Assembly (NCBI GenBank): GCA_965240325.2
Contig: OZ251255.1
Span: 558,856 to 622,855 of the forward strand
Length of the DNA stretch: 64,000 bases
Source of the DNA: Rebecca billardiae RCC1528
Lineage: Eukaryota > Protista > Haptophyta
Direction of reading: 5' to 3'
Numbering within the stretch: the stretch's first letter is position 1; every line of letters begins with the position of its first letter. Below, one piece after another: positions 1 through 10,631 of the stretch. The notes under the pieces were generated by a model that was not told where the DNA came from, made no database searches, and was given only the letters and a program-made list of their open reading frames with translations. The translations under genes and the position numbers were made by a program.

Positions 1-522
1 CGCCGCGCCCAGGCGTGTGCCCCCACGCGTCCGCGCCGCCGCCGCCCCGGTGCGTGCCGCCGCCGCGCCATCCGTCGTCGTCGTCCGCGCGCGTGCGCGC
101 CGTGCCGCCGAGCCCGGCGGCGGGGCTGCGCCACTCCGGCCGCCGGCCGCCGGCGCCGCCGAGCGCGCCGCCGGGCGACACCCAACCGCCCTGCACGCGC
201 CCGCCGCCGCCACCGTACTGCCCTGCGTCGTAATCGCCGTCGGCGCCGCCGCCGCCGCCCCAATAACCGCCGCCGCCGCCGCCGCCGCCGCCGCTGCCGC
301 CGCCACGCCTCGCGCCTCGGGCGGGAGTCACGCCCGACGCCGCGTCGTCGTCGCCGCCGCTGCCTGACAGCAGCTCGGCCGCGAGGTCGAGCCGGTCTGC
401 GGCGCCGTGCGCGCGGCGCGCGCTCGAGTGCCCGCCGGGACGCGCGCCCGCGTCCGCACCGGCGCGGTACAAGCCCCCAGCGGTGCGCATGCGCGCGGCC
501 GAGTCCGCAGCCGACTGCGCAT

Positions 523-567
<45 letters not shown>

Positions 568-3149
568 GGCGCGCTCCGCCGGGTGTGCCGCCGCCACCGC
601 CGAAGCCGACCGCTGCGTCGCTGTCGTCGGCGTCGGCGTCGCTGCTGCCGCCGCCGCCGCCGCCGCCGAGCGCCCAGCGCCCGCCGCCGCCGCGCCGCGC
701 CGAGCCACCGCGCGCGCCGCGGCCAAGCGGCGTGCCCGGCGCCGCAGAGCCCCGCGCGTCGCCGCCCCAGCCGCGCCCGTCGGCTGCGGAGCCGGCGCCG
801 CCGCGGCCGTAGGGCGTGCCCGCGCCGCCGCGGCCCGGCCGGGCGTAGGCGGCGGTGCCGTCACCGTCGGCGTCGTAGCCGCTGCCGCCCTCGCCGTCGG
901 CATACCCGCCGCCGCCGCCGCGGCCATAACCGCCGCCACTGCCATAGCCACCACCGCCGCCGCCGTCGCCGCCGCCGCCGCCGTAGCCGTAGCCGCCGCC
1001 GCCGTAGCCACCGGCCGCGCGCCGGCCCGCGCCGCCGCCGTCGTAGCCGCCGCCGCCGTACCCGCGGTCACCACCGCCGCCATACCACCGACCGCCGTCG
1101 GCGGCGCCGTACCGGCCACCGCCGCCGCCGCCGTCGAACTCATCGTCGCCCGCGTACTCCGAATACCCGTCGTACCCGCTTTCGGAGTAATCGGAGTAGC
1201 CGTCCGCGCCCAGGGGCCGGCCGGCGGCGTCGCCGGCGTGGGCGCCGCGGCCGGCGGCGTCGGCGCGCGCGCTGCCGCGCGCCGCGCGCCACGTCGCCCC
1301 GTCCCACAGCGCGCTCACGTCGTCCTCCGCCTCCGGGTGCAGCAGCAGTCGGCGGCGCGCGCGCTCGGCCTCGGCCGCGGCGGCGTGCGCCGGCCCCTGC
1401 GGCGGCCGCGCGGGCCCCGGCCGTGCCGACTGCGCGGCAGCGGCGCGGACCGCCAGGCCCGCGCCGCCGTCAAAGTAGGAAGGCCCGGCCGTGGCCGAGC
1501 GCAGCGCGGGGGAGCGCACGCGCTGCGGCTGCCGCTGCGCGGGCGACGTGCCCGGGGTGCGATGGCCGTCGCGCGCGCGCGCGCTCGCGCCCGAGCCCCC
1601 GCGCGCGGACGCGCCGTCGGCGGCGGTATGGTTGCGGCCGGCGCTCGCGGACGCGGCGGCCATCGCCGCCTCGAGCTGCGCGATGCCGACGGCGCGGCGG
1701 CTGCCCGGCTCGCGGCCGTCGGAGATTGCAATCTCGCCGCCGCGGCCGCCGGAGATTGCAATCTCGGCGCCGGAGAAGGGCGAGCCGCGCCGCCGCGCCG
1801 CGGCCGCCGCGCTCGCCGAGCGCGCGGCGGAGCCGCGCGCGCCGCCGCCGCCGCCGTGGTGGTGCGGCGGCGGCGTGGCGAGGCGGCGCGCGGCGCGGTC
1901 GCGCGGCGTGCGCGGCAGCCCGGCGAACAGCGCGGCGGCGCTCGCCGAGGCGCGCGCGGCGGCGCCGTCGGCGGCGGCGCGCCCATCCGAGATTGCAATC
2001 TCGCTACGCTCGGCCGCAGGGAACGCGCCGCGCCAGCCCGGGGCTGCGCCCGCGCCGCGCGCCGGCGGCGTGCCCGTGGCAGCCGCGCCCCACTGCCACG
2101 CGCGCGGCGGCGCGCTGCGCGAGCGCCGCCGCGCGCCGGAGCCGGACCCTGCGGTGTGCTGCTGCCAGGCGGCGGCGCGGTGGCGGCGGTGCGCGGCGGT
2201 CGAGCTACCGGCTGGCGGCGGCCGCTCCGGCCCGACGAAGCTCGTGGTCGAGCGCCACGCCGGACGGCGCTGCCGCGCGGCTGCGGGCGCACGCGCGCAC
2301 CCGCAGACACGGCGCACACGCACGCGCGCGCACGCGCGCGGGGGCAACAAGCCGGGGCGACACGCGCGGCCGGCCGCAATGGCGCATGGGGGCGTGCGCG
2401 GCGCGTGAGGCGTGAGGCTAGGGTTAGGGTCAGGGTTAGGGTTAGAGGCGCGGACCGGAAGGGGCAGGGCGTCGGCGCGTGCGGCGCGCACGTGCCGAGG
2501 CGCGCGCGCGCGTGCTGCGCGCACGTGGCGCGCTGCTCGGCCGGCGTGCCGGTCCGGTGAGTCCGGCGAGTCCGGTGAGTCCGGTGCTGTACCGCTCCTC
2601 GCGCGCGCGCCGGCTGTGCAGCAGCGCCGCGCGCGATTCGGCGAGCAGCCGCGCCTTGAGCGCCGGGCTGGAGCGCGAGGGGCTGCGCGCGGGGCTGCCG
2701 GCGGCGCTGCCGCCGTACCCGCTCCCGCCGCCGTCGCTCCCGCCGGCGCTGCCCCACGCCGCGCCGCCGAACGGCATGCGGCCGCGCGCGGGCGAGTGCG
2801 CGTGCCGCACGCCGTCGGGGAGCGCCGCGCCAAAGGAGCCGCCGCGCCCCTTGAGCGCGGAGGCGATGGTCGGGCGGTTGAGCCGGCGGGCGACGCGGTC
2901 GTTCACGTGCCAGTGCTGCGGCGCGCGGCAGCGGCGGCGCGGCGGCGTGGCGCGCGCGCGCGCGCGCGGCGCGACGTGGGCGGCGGCGCGGCGCGGCGCG
3001 CGCCGCGCGGCCGCGCGCGCGCGGTCGGCACGGGCGGGCCTGCGCGCGGGGGGCCGGGCGCGGAGGCGCACCTCGCGCGCGAGGAGCTGCCACGTCGAGC
3101 GCTCCTCGTCGCTCCCGAGCTCGTGCACGCCGCGCGGCTCGAACCACAT
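1..3149 (-). CDS. Hypothetical Gly/Ala/Arg-rich protein, spliced, 3' end runs off the window
   Basis: ATG at 3149 (MWFEPRGVHELGSDEERSTWQLLARE), GT-AG intron ~3071-2916, exon HWHVNDRVARRLNRPT..., probable second intron ~2524-2281. A stop-free frame then continues to base 1 with GGY/RGG-like low complexity. No family recognised. Confidence 0.55.
2418..2445 (+). repeat. Interstitial telomere-like (TTAGGG)n tract in a probable intron
   Basis: ctagggttagggtcagggttagggttag read directly. Confidence 0.75.
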
Positions 3150-3292
3150 GCTCGGCGATGCGCCGCAAGCACGCGCGCACTGTTCAAGCTGCGGCCATTT
3201 AAGTTGCTGTCGGGTCGTCGGCCTTGCCCGGACTGATGACTTGACGGGCGTCGGGCGGAGTCCGGGGCGCGCGAGGGCTTCCGAGTTCCAAC

Positions 3293-6200
3293 ATGGCGGG
3301 CGGCCTCGCCTCGTCGCGGGCATGGGCGCTGCTCGCGATGGTGCCGAGCGCCTCGTCGATGATCTCGCGTGCGCGCGCGCGCGCCGTGCGCTTGGACGCC
3401 CCGCCGACCCCACGCCGCGCGCGCGCGCCCACGCGAGCGCCCTCGGCGCCGGAGCTGAGCACGCGCCCCGCGCCGCGGCGACGCGTCCGCGCCGACTCTC
3501 GATCGCGCGCTCCGCCGCGGCGCGCAGTCGCGCCGGACTCCTTCGCGTCGGGCGTGGTGCGCGAGGACGAGTTCCAGTACTACAAGTTCCGCGTGATGCC
3601 CTCGGTCCCGGCCGTCAAGGTCATGCTCATCCCCATCTACGGCGACGCAGACCTGCTGCTCACGTTCCAGGCAAGCGCCGCGCCGCGCCGCGCCGCGCCG
3701 CGCCGGCCCGCGCCGCGCCGCGCCGCACGCCGCGCCGGCCCGCGCCGCGCCGCGCCGCACGCCGCGCACGCGCCGCACGCCGCGCACGCGCGCGCGGCGC
3801 ACGGCGCGGTCGGCGTGCAGCCGCCACGTCCCTCACCCTCGACTCTCCCGCCCTCCCGCCCTCGCCCCGCGTGCCTCACCCTCGACTCTCCCGCCCTCCC
3901 GCCCTCGCCCCGCGCGCAGGGTCCGTACCCGTCGATGTCGAACGCGACGTGGGTGATGGACGAGGTGGGCGTGGAGGAGCTGCTGATCCGCCGCTCCTCC
4001 GACGACTTCTGCCAGGTGCGGGGCGTGCGGTGGGGCTGTGTGCACGCGGCAGCACGCTGCACGGCGCAAGCACAGAGCAGCACGGCATGCACAGCACAGC
4101 AGCACACCGCAGCACAGTGGGGCAGGCGCGGCAGGGCAGCGGGCAGAGGCGCGGCTGCCCGGCGGCCCGGCAGTGGGCGGTGGGCTGTGGGCGGTGGCTG
4201 CTCACGCCCGCGTGCGCGCGGCCAGGGCGCTGGGCGGCACGGGCGGTGGTGCGCTGGGCGGACGGAGCCAGCGGAGGCGTCGGATTGAGAGGGCCTGGTC
4301 CTCTGCCGGGGGGGGGCTCTGCCGGGGCGGTTGGCCGTGGCTGTGGCCGTCGCCGTGCGTGCGCGCGCGCCAGCATGGCCGCTGCGTGTGCGCGGGTGGC
4401 CCTCCCGAGCCGCCTCTGCACCGCGCCGCGCTGCCCACCCTCGCACTCGCCCACACACCCGCCGCGCCCGCGCACCGCTGACCCCTGACCCCGCCCTTCC
4501 GCGGCGCCCGTGGCCCGCGCGCGCGCGCGCGTGCGCGTGTGCCCTTTTCTGATGCTGTTTCAACCTTCCTTCACAATCATTGTGTTTGTTGGTGTGGGCC
4601 GCGCGGCATGCAGTTTGAGCCGTGCCACCTGTACATGACCGTCTCCGGGTACGAGACGACGGAGTACAAGCTGATCGTGTACAACATCGCGTCGCCCGAG
4701 ACGATCGCGCAGGAGCACTGCGCGCCCGGCTGCGCGGCGTTCGATCTGTCGGACGGCGTCTGCGATGCCAACTGCAACACAACCGCCTGCACCTACGACG
4801 GCGGCGACTGCCTGATCTCGCCCTCGGCCGCGCTGTGTGCGCCCGGCTGCCCGAGCGCGTGGATCAACGACAAGTCGTGCGACGAGGCGTGCTACAACGC
4901 GGTGCGCGCGCGCGCGCGCGCGGCGCGGACCGAGCGCGCCGCTGCGTCAGCCGGCGCGTGGCGCGCGGCGTGCCTGCGCCGGCGGCGCGAGCGCGCGGGC
5001 GGGGCGGGCCGCGCGGGCCCCACCGGGGCAGCGGCGCCGCGCCGCCGCGGAGGACGCGGCTGGCGCGCCGCCCGCCGCCTCGCCGCCTCGCCCCATTCAC
5101 CGCCGCGCCGCGCCGCGCCGCGCCGCCACGCGCCGCGCCGCCGCGCCGCCGCGCCGCCGCGCCGCCGCGCCGCGCCGCGCCGCGCAGGAGTGCAAGTGGG
5201 ATGGCAACGACTGCGGGGTGCCACAGGCGGCGGCAAAGGGCGGCGGCGGCGGCGGCGGCGGCGGCGGTAGTGGCGGCAAGGGCGGCTCGAGCGCGCAGGC
5301 CACGTTCGCGTGCGCCGACGGCTGCCTCCCCGAGTGGATCGGTGCGCGCAGCAGCGCGCGCGGGGAGCACGCCGCAGCCTCATGCGCCGGGCGCGCGCCG
5401 GGTGCGACCAATCATCACGCCGGGCGCGCGCCGGGCGCGCGTGGTGGGGTGGCCGCGGCGTCCGCCTTTGGCGCCCGCGGGGCGCGGCGCGCTCTCTGCG
5501 CGCGCTGAGCCGGCGCGTGGCCCACCCGACCCCCGGCGCGCGCGCGGCTCGCCCGCCGCCCGCGCGCCCGCCGCCCGCGCGCCCGCCGCCCGCGCGCCCG
5601 CCAGGCGACGGCGAGTGTGACGAATCGTGCAACGTCCAAAAGTGCATGTACGACGGCGACGACTGCCACCACGGGCACCACGAGTGCTTCACCGACCCGC
5701 GCGGCGCGGACTACCGCGGCACCGTCTCGCGCACCGAGAAGGGCTTCGTCTGCCAGGCGTGGTCCGAGCAGTTCCCCCACCAGCACGGCCGCACGCATCA
5801 AAACTTTCCGAGCGCGGGTGCGCGCGCGCGCGGCGGCGCACCCGCGGCGCAACGGGCGGCGCGCACGCCTGCCGCGCGCCCACGCGCGCGCGCAGAGGCG
5901 GGCGGTGAGGCCGCGCGAGCGCGCGCCGACGGCTCACGAGCTCCGCGGCGGCTGGGCGCGCGCGTGGCGCAGGGCTGGGCGGGCACAACCACTGCCGCAA
6001 CCCGGACGGCGAGGCGTCGCCATACTGCTTCACAACCGACCCGGTGTGTGCGTGTTGTGCGTGTGCGTGTGTATGCGTGCGCGCGTGCTCGTGAGCGCGC
6101 GCGCGGGTTGGGGCGCGCCACGCACACGCCGCCGGCACGCATGCGCGCGGCCCGCCCGCCCGCCGCCCCTGCCACCGCTCGCGCCGCCGCGCGCCGCCAC

Positions 6201-7153
6201 CGCGCGCGGCCCTGCCGCTCGACTCGGCGCGCGCCTGCCGGGCGGTGCGTGCGCGTGTGCGCGCGCGTGTGCTCACGTGTGCGCGCGCGTGTGTGCGCGT
6301 GTGTGCGCGTGTGCGCGCAGGTGATGCGATGGGACTACTGCGACGTCGGCTCGCCCACGCTCTCGGGCTGCGACGAGGAGGAGGAGGAGGACGCCGACGA
6401 GGACGCCGACGCCGACGACGCCGACGACGAGGACGACGAGGACGACGAGGACGACGGCCCGATGGCGCCGCGCCCCGCCGATCTCGCGTACGTGCCCGGC
6501 GCGGGCGCGCTCGACGCCGGCAGCGCGGACCGACCGGCGGCGAGCGCGGCCGAGGTGCTGCAGGGCGCGGGCGGCGCCAAGGGCCTGACGGGGCCGGCGG
6601 CTGTTGTGTTCCTCGTCCTGCGTGCGCGCTCGGCGCGCGCCGCGCGCCGCGCGCCGCGCCCGCACGCGCGCGCGCGCGCACAAGCCCACACGCGCCTCGC
6701 GCCGCGCCGCGCCGCGCGCGCCGCGCCGCGTCGGCGGCAGTTGCGCTGGTGATCGTCGTGGCCGTGCTGCAGCGGCGGGAGCGCAAGGACAGGGGCTACG
6801 TGGTGACGTCGGCGGTGGACGACGACGACGACGACTACGACGACGGCGAGGGCGAGGAGGGTGCGCGCGGCGCGCGCGGCGCCGTGCGCGGCCGCGCGGT
6901 GCACACACAGACGGCTGCGCCCACGCCAGCCAGAGGGGGCGGGCCTGCCTGGCCTGCCACCGGCAGCAGCGCCGGCGTGTGCCGACGAACTAACGGATGC
7001 GTGTGTGCGCGCGGCTGCCTCGCGCGCACGGCGCCGGGGTGGCCTCGGCCTGACGCGCGCCGCGCCGCGCGCGCAGAGTTTGAGTACAGCGACGACGAGG
7101 TCGACGAGGAGGACGCATCCGAGCGCAGACGCGGCGGCGGCGCGCGCTACTGA
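3293..7153 (+). CDS. Multi-exon type-I membrane protein: signal peptide, PPC-like beta-sandwich, 3 LNR (Lin-12/Notch) repeats, Kringle domain, TM helix, acidic tail
   Basis: Spliced exons give ...[15 protein letters not shown]..., LNR motifs (CAPGC...[20 protein letters not shown]; [31 protein letters not shown]; [31 protein letters not shown]) and a Kringle ([26 protein letters not shown]...[29 protein letters not shown]). A hydrophobic segment lies at ~6600-6770; stop at 7151-7153. Confidence 0.85.
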
Positions 7154-7459
7154 TGGGCCGGATTGACCACGAATCAGCTGCTAAGAACGCCTGTCCGCGG
7201 AGCTGTGCGCGGTCAACGGTGTTCCATGCCACCACTACGCGCCGCACCGGTAGTTGACGAGCCCAGACAGAATCCACCCCCCCCCCCCCCATTGGCGATA
7301 TTGACGCCCGCCAACTGTCACCGCGCCCATGAAGCCGTCGCCGATGGTACGGCGCGCGCCATCGTGAATCATTTTTTTGAAAAAAAACGAGCATCGTCGT
7401 CATCGTCACCGGCTCACCGCCATCATACAGCAAGTATTCCTCGACGAAAAACACATATA

Positions 7460-8093
7460 CAGGGGGGGCCAGATGAAGTTTCCCACTTCGGAAGGGAAGC
7501 CATGGCGGGCGTGAATGCCCGTCCCAACGCGATCTAAGGCCCCAGCGCCACGGCCCGGTCACTGGGGCGTGGCGTAGGCAGGTCGGCGTCGCCGTACGAG
7601 CGCGTGTGCGTGAGTGACAGCTTCCCTTCCGACTTTTCGACCACTCTCACGTCCACGTCCACGACCCCGTACGACCGGCGCGCCGGTGAGGTTGCGCATG
7701 AGAAGGATGGGCAGGTAGCGGCCAGGATCACCGTTCTGACGGTCATACTGCCCTCTGGAGCATGCATTGCGACGGTGCATGCCTGGCAATGGTCCATCTG
7801 ACCCTACAAGCCGTGGATCGGACGAGCAAGGTTGGCTGCGCGGTAGTCGTGCGACCGCCGTCCGACACGGCTGCCGTGCGAATACGTTTCAGCGTGTGCG
7901 CGCCTGTCAACGGCAGGGTGATCAACGACCGGCATGGCTAGCAAGCTGATCAGGACTAGTAACAACCTTGTCTGGGACCACGCCACGCCATTTGGCGACC
8001 TCGCCACCGCTCAATGCCCGTCCAGAGGCACGGACGTGCCGCACTACCTGGCCAGCCACCGCCAAAGTGGGGCCCACCATCTGGACCCCCCTG
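7460..8093. mobile_element. Non-autonomous Tc1/mariner-type element (634 bp), TA target duplication
   Basis: Left TA|CAGGGGGGGCCAGATGAAGTTTCCCACTT; right AAAGTGGGGCCCACCATCTGGACCCCCCTG|TA. Imperfect TIRs of ~30 bp with TA on both sides. Confidence 0.75.
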
Positions 8094-8695
8094 TAGGGGT
8101 ATGTTGACGAAATACACAGGTAATGTGAACACATGTGAAATGACCGATGGACGAAAATTCCGCGAATATGATATGGGGCGGCAGGGCGGAGTACTGGTCA
8201 TCATCATGAATTGAAGGAGAGTTCCGCGGGATGAATCACAAATTCAATTGAACATGGATATACAGTATGTGTATTATAAATATGCGATCGGCATTTTCGG
8301 CGATTAGCGTATAGTTGTGGATACCCAACCCCCCTTCCCAACATCATGGAGACTCATACAGCCCACAGGTATCTTGGCTCATGGTTCAAAAGTCCGAATC
8401 GTGATCGGAAGTAATCAAGGGAGGGAGTAACACTGGTTTTCGTCAGTCTGAGTCCGATGGTATTGCACAATCAAGCTGACCCGCGTTCGAGGGATGATTA
8501 TTGCGAAGGGAGTCACAAACGGTCATCTGTGTACCGCGATGTATACTCATCCCTCATCGGAGTAGTCATCTCTGTACCCCGACGGCCGTGAACCGGCGTC
8601 AGAAACGCAGAACCGGGCTGGTCGAATGATCCACGACAACCACGACGAAGACTCTCCGAGACCCGCACGGCTTTGCGACACGCAGTCTGCTACAA

Positions 8696-9973
8696 ATGCA
8701 GCCGACACAAACCACATCGGCAACACGCGCTCGTTGCGTCAGTGGCGGCAGCGGGCTGCCCGACGCCTACCTCGATTCGTTTCGCGACCCGCTCCTCTGC
8801 GAGATTGCGGCGGTCGCGCGCGCGCTCAGGGACGACCGGCTGCCCGGCGTGCGGCACGACCGGCGGCTGCTCGGGCACGTGCGCGCCTGGCTCAGGGGCA
8901 AGCCAGCGGCGTTTGCGCGGCACGGGCCGCGCACGGTGACGTACCTCCGCGCCAACGTCTACGCCGAGGCGTCGGAGCTCGCGTGGTGCGCCGAGACCGT
9001 CGAGAACGTGTGCATCAACCTGCACACCGACACGCTCGCCGACCGCCGCAACCTCACGTTCGAGGGCTCGCACCTGCGGCCGAACCGCATCAGCTACGTC
9101 ACGGCCGTCGTCGAGCTCGACGACCGGACGAACGCGCTCACCGTCCGCGACGCTGGGCCGATGTACGCCGAGGACTCGCGCACGCGCCTCGACGCGCGCC
9201 TCGAGCAGCGCGCCGAGGTGCTCCTCGCGCACGCCAAGCTGTTCCGGCTGGCTCGGCGCGCGCCCGACGCCGAGCTGGCGGGCGCGAGGCGGGCGCTGTG
9301 GTGCGAGGTGCAGGAGCACCTGGCTGCGAGGCAGGTCGCCGAGGGCGAGCGCACGCTCAGCGCCGTGCACGTCGACACGGGCGTCGAGCGCGAGTACTTC
9401 CGCGGCTGGCCCGGCGCGCGCGAGTTTGACGATTCGGACCGGCTGCGCCGGACGGGGCTCGCGCGCGCGGACGTCGTGCGAGGCGTCGTGCAGCGCGCGT
9501 GGCTCGACCGCGAGCGCAACGACCCGCACCTGGTCACGCTGCTCACCAAGAACGTGCTGACCGGCGTCTACGTCGGCGACGACTTTGACAGCCGCGCGCC
9601 CCGCGTGTGCGCGCGCGGCTCGGCCATGCACGTGGGCGGCGTGCCACTCGAGGACGCAACCAACGCGCACGAGCAGAGCAACCACTGGCTCGCGGAGCGC
9701 CTCCCCGTGCTGGCGTACGTGCAGCCCGCGATCGCGCTTCCGCCCGTCGTGATCGAGCACACCCTCGCCGATGCACGCTTCTGCCCCGCGTGCGAGCAGC
9801 TCGGCGCCGAGCTGCGGCAGGGCAGCAGCGCATGCGCCGCCATGCGCGCGTACGAGCGCGGACACGGGCTGCCCGCCGGCCGGCTCTGCGCGCACGTGTC
9901 GTCCATCACCGTCAGCGCAAGTCCGCGCGGGGTGGTCATCATGGTTGTGTTTGGGATCGCCTTCTGCTGGTAA
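8696..9973 (+). CDS. Intronless orphan protein (~425 aa), copy 1
   Basis: Long ORF with GC3-rich coding-like codon usage and non-low-complexity protein; near-identical inverted copy at 32766-34019. Start codon uncertain. Confidence 0.65.
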   Translation: MQPTQTTSATRARCVSGGSGLPDAYLDSFRDPLLCEIAAVARALRDDRLPGVRHDRRLLGHVRAWLRGKPAAFARHGPRTVTYLRANVYAEASELAWCAETVENVCINLHTDTLADRRNLTFEGSHLRPNRISYVTAVVELDDRTNALTVRDAGPMYAEDSRTRLDARLEQRAEVLLAHAKLFRLARRAPDAELAGARRALWCEVQEHLAARQVAEGERTLSAVHVDTGVEREYFRGWPGAREFDDSDRLRRTGLARADVVRGVVQRAWLDRERNDPHLVTLLTKNVLTGVYVGDDFDSRAPRVCARGSAMHVGGVPLEDATNAHEQSNHWLAERLPVLAYVQPAIALPPVVIEHTLADARFCPACEQLGAELRQGSSACAAMRAYERGHGLPAGRLCAHVSSITVSASPRGVVIMVVFGIAFCW

Positions 9974-10631
9974 GAACGCGCAGTTAGAGTCGCGGGCGCG
10001 CGAGTGGGCACCGCGGGCACGGCGCATCACCTCTGCCTTACTGTAACTGGGCCTCAGCCCGGCCCTCAGCAAAGTCAAACTAGTATCAAAGAGTTAAGAG
10101 GCGTACTTGAAGACGAGCATATATATATATCATATATATCTGAGCAGCGCAGATGATCGAGTCGTGACGATCGACGTACGTCATATATATATATATATAT
10201 ATATCGCGTATAGTCGTCGTCAGAGCTAGGCGGCTCAGGCGGTCAGCAGTCCGTCGCGAGCAGAGGCGACTACGACGACGACGCGATCGGACGACGACAC
10301 TACTAAGTAGACTACTACTAGCTACAATCGTCAGAGTCGTCAGCACGCATCAGACGGCGCGCACCGTCACAGCGTGCTGCATGCCGTGCGGGCGTGCGTG
10401 CGGCTGCTCAGCGGATCGCGATCGTCCGGCGCGCCTCACGGCGCGCTCGAGCTATTCAACCGCATCCGCCCAGCGGCCGGGCTGGTGCGAAGGCGCCGAG
10501 CGCACGACGCGACTGGCCTCGGCGGCAGCGCCCGCGGGCGGTGGTGGCTGCGTGGCAGGCCCCATCGCGCGCGCGCCCCCGTCCAGGCCGGGCGGTGGGC
10601 CGTGCGCGGGGCTGGCTCGGAGGGCCGCCTG

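Noticed and set aside
7272-8192. Outer Stowaway-like element hosting the 7460-8093 insertion
   Set aside because: Only weak inverted similarity (C-run+ATATT vs AATAT+G-run) and no clean TA at the left end.
9660-9800. Zn-dependent deaminase motif in the orphan ORF (NAHEQ...FCPAC)
   Set aside because: It lacks a proper HxE and PCxxC arrangement, so no function can be assigned without a structure search.
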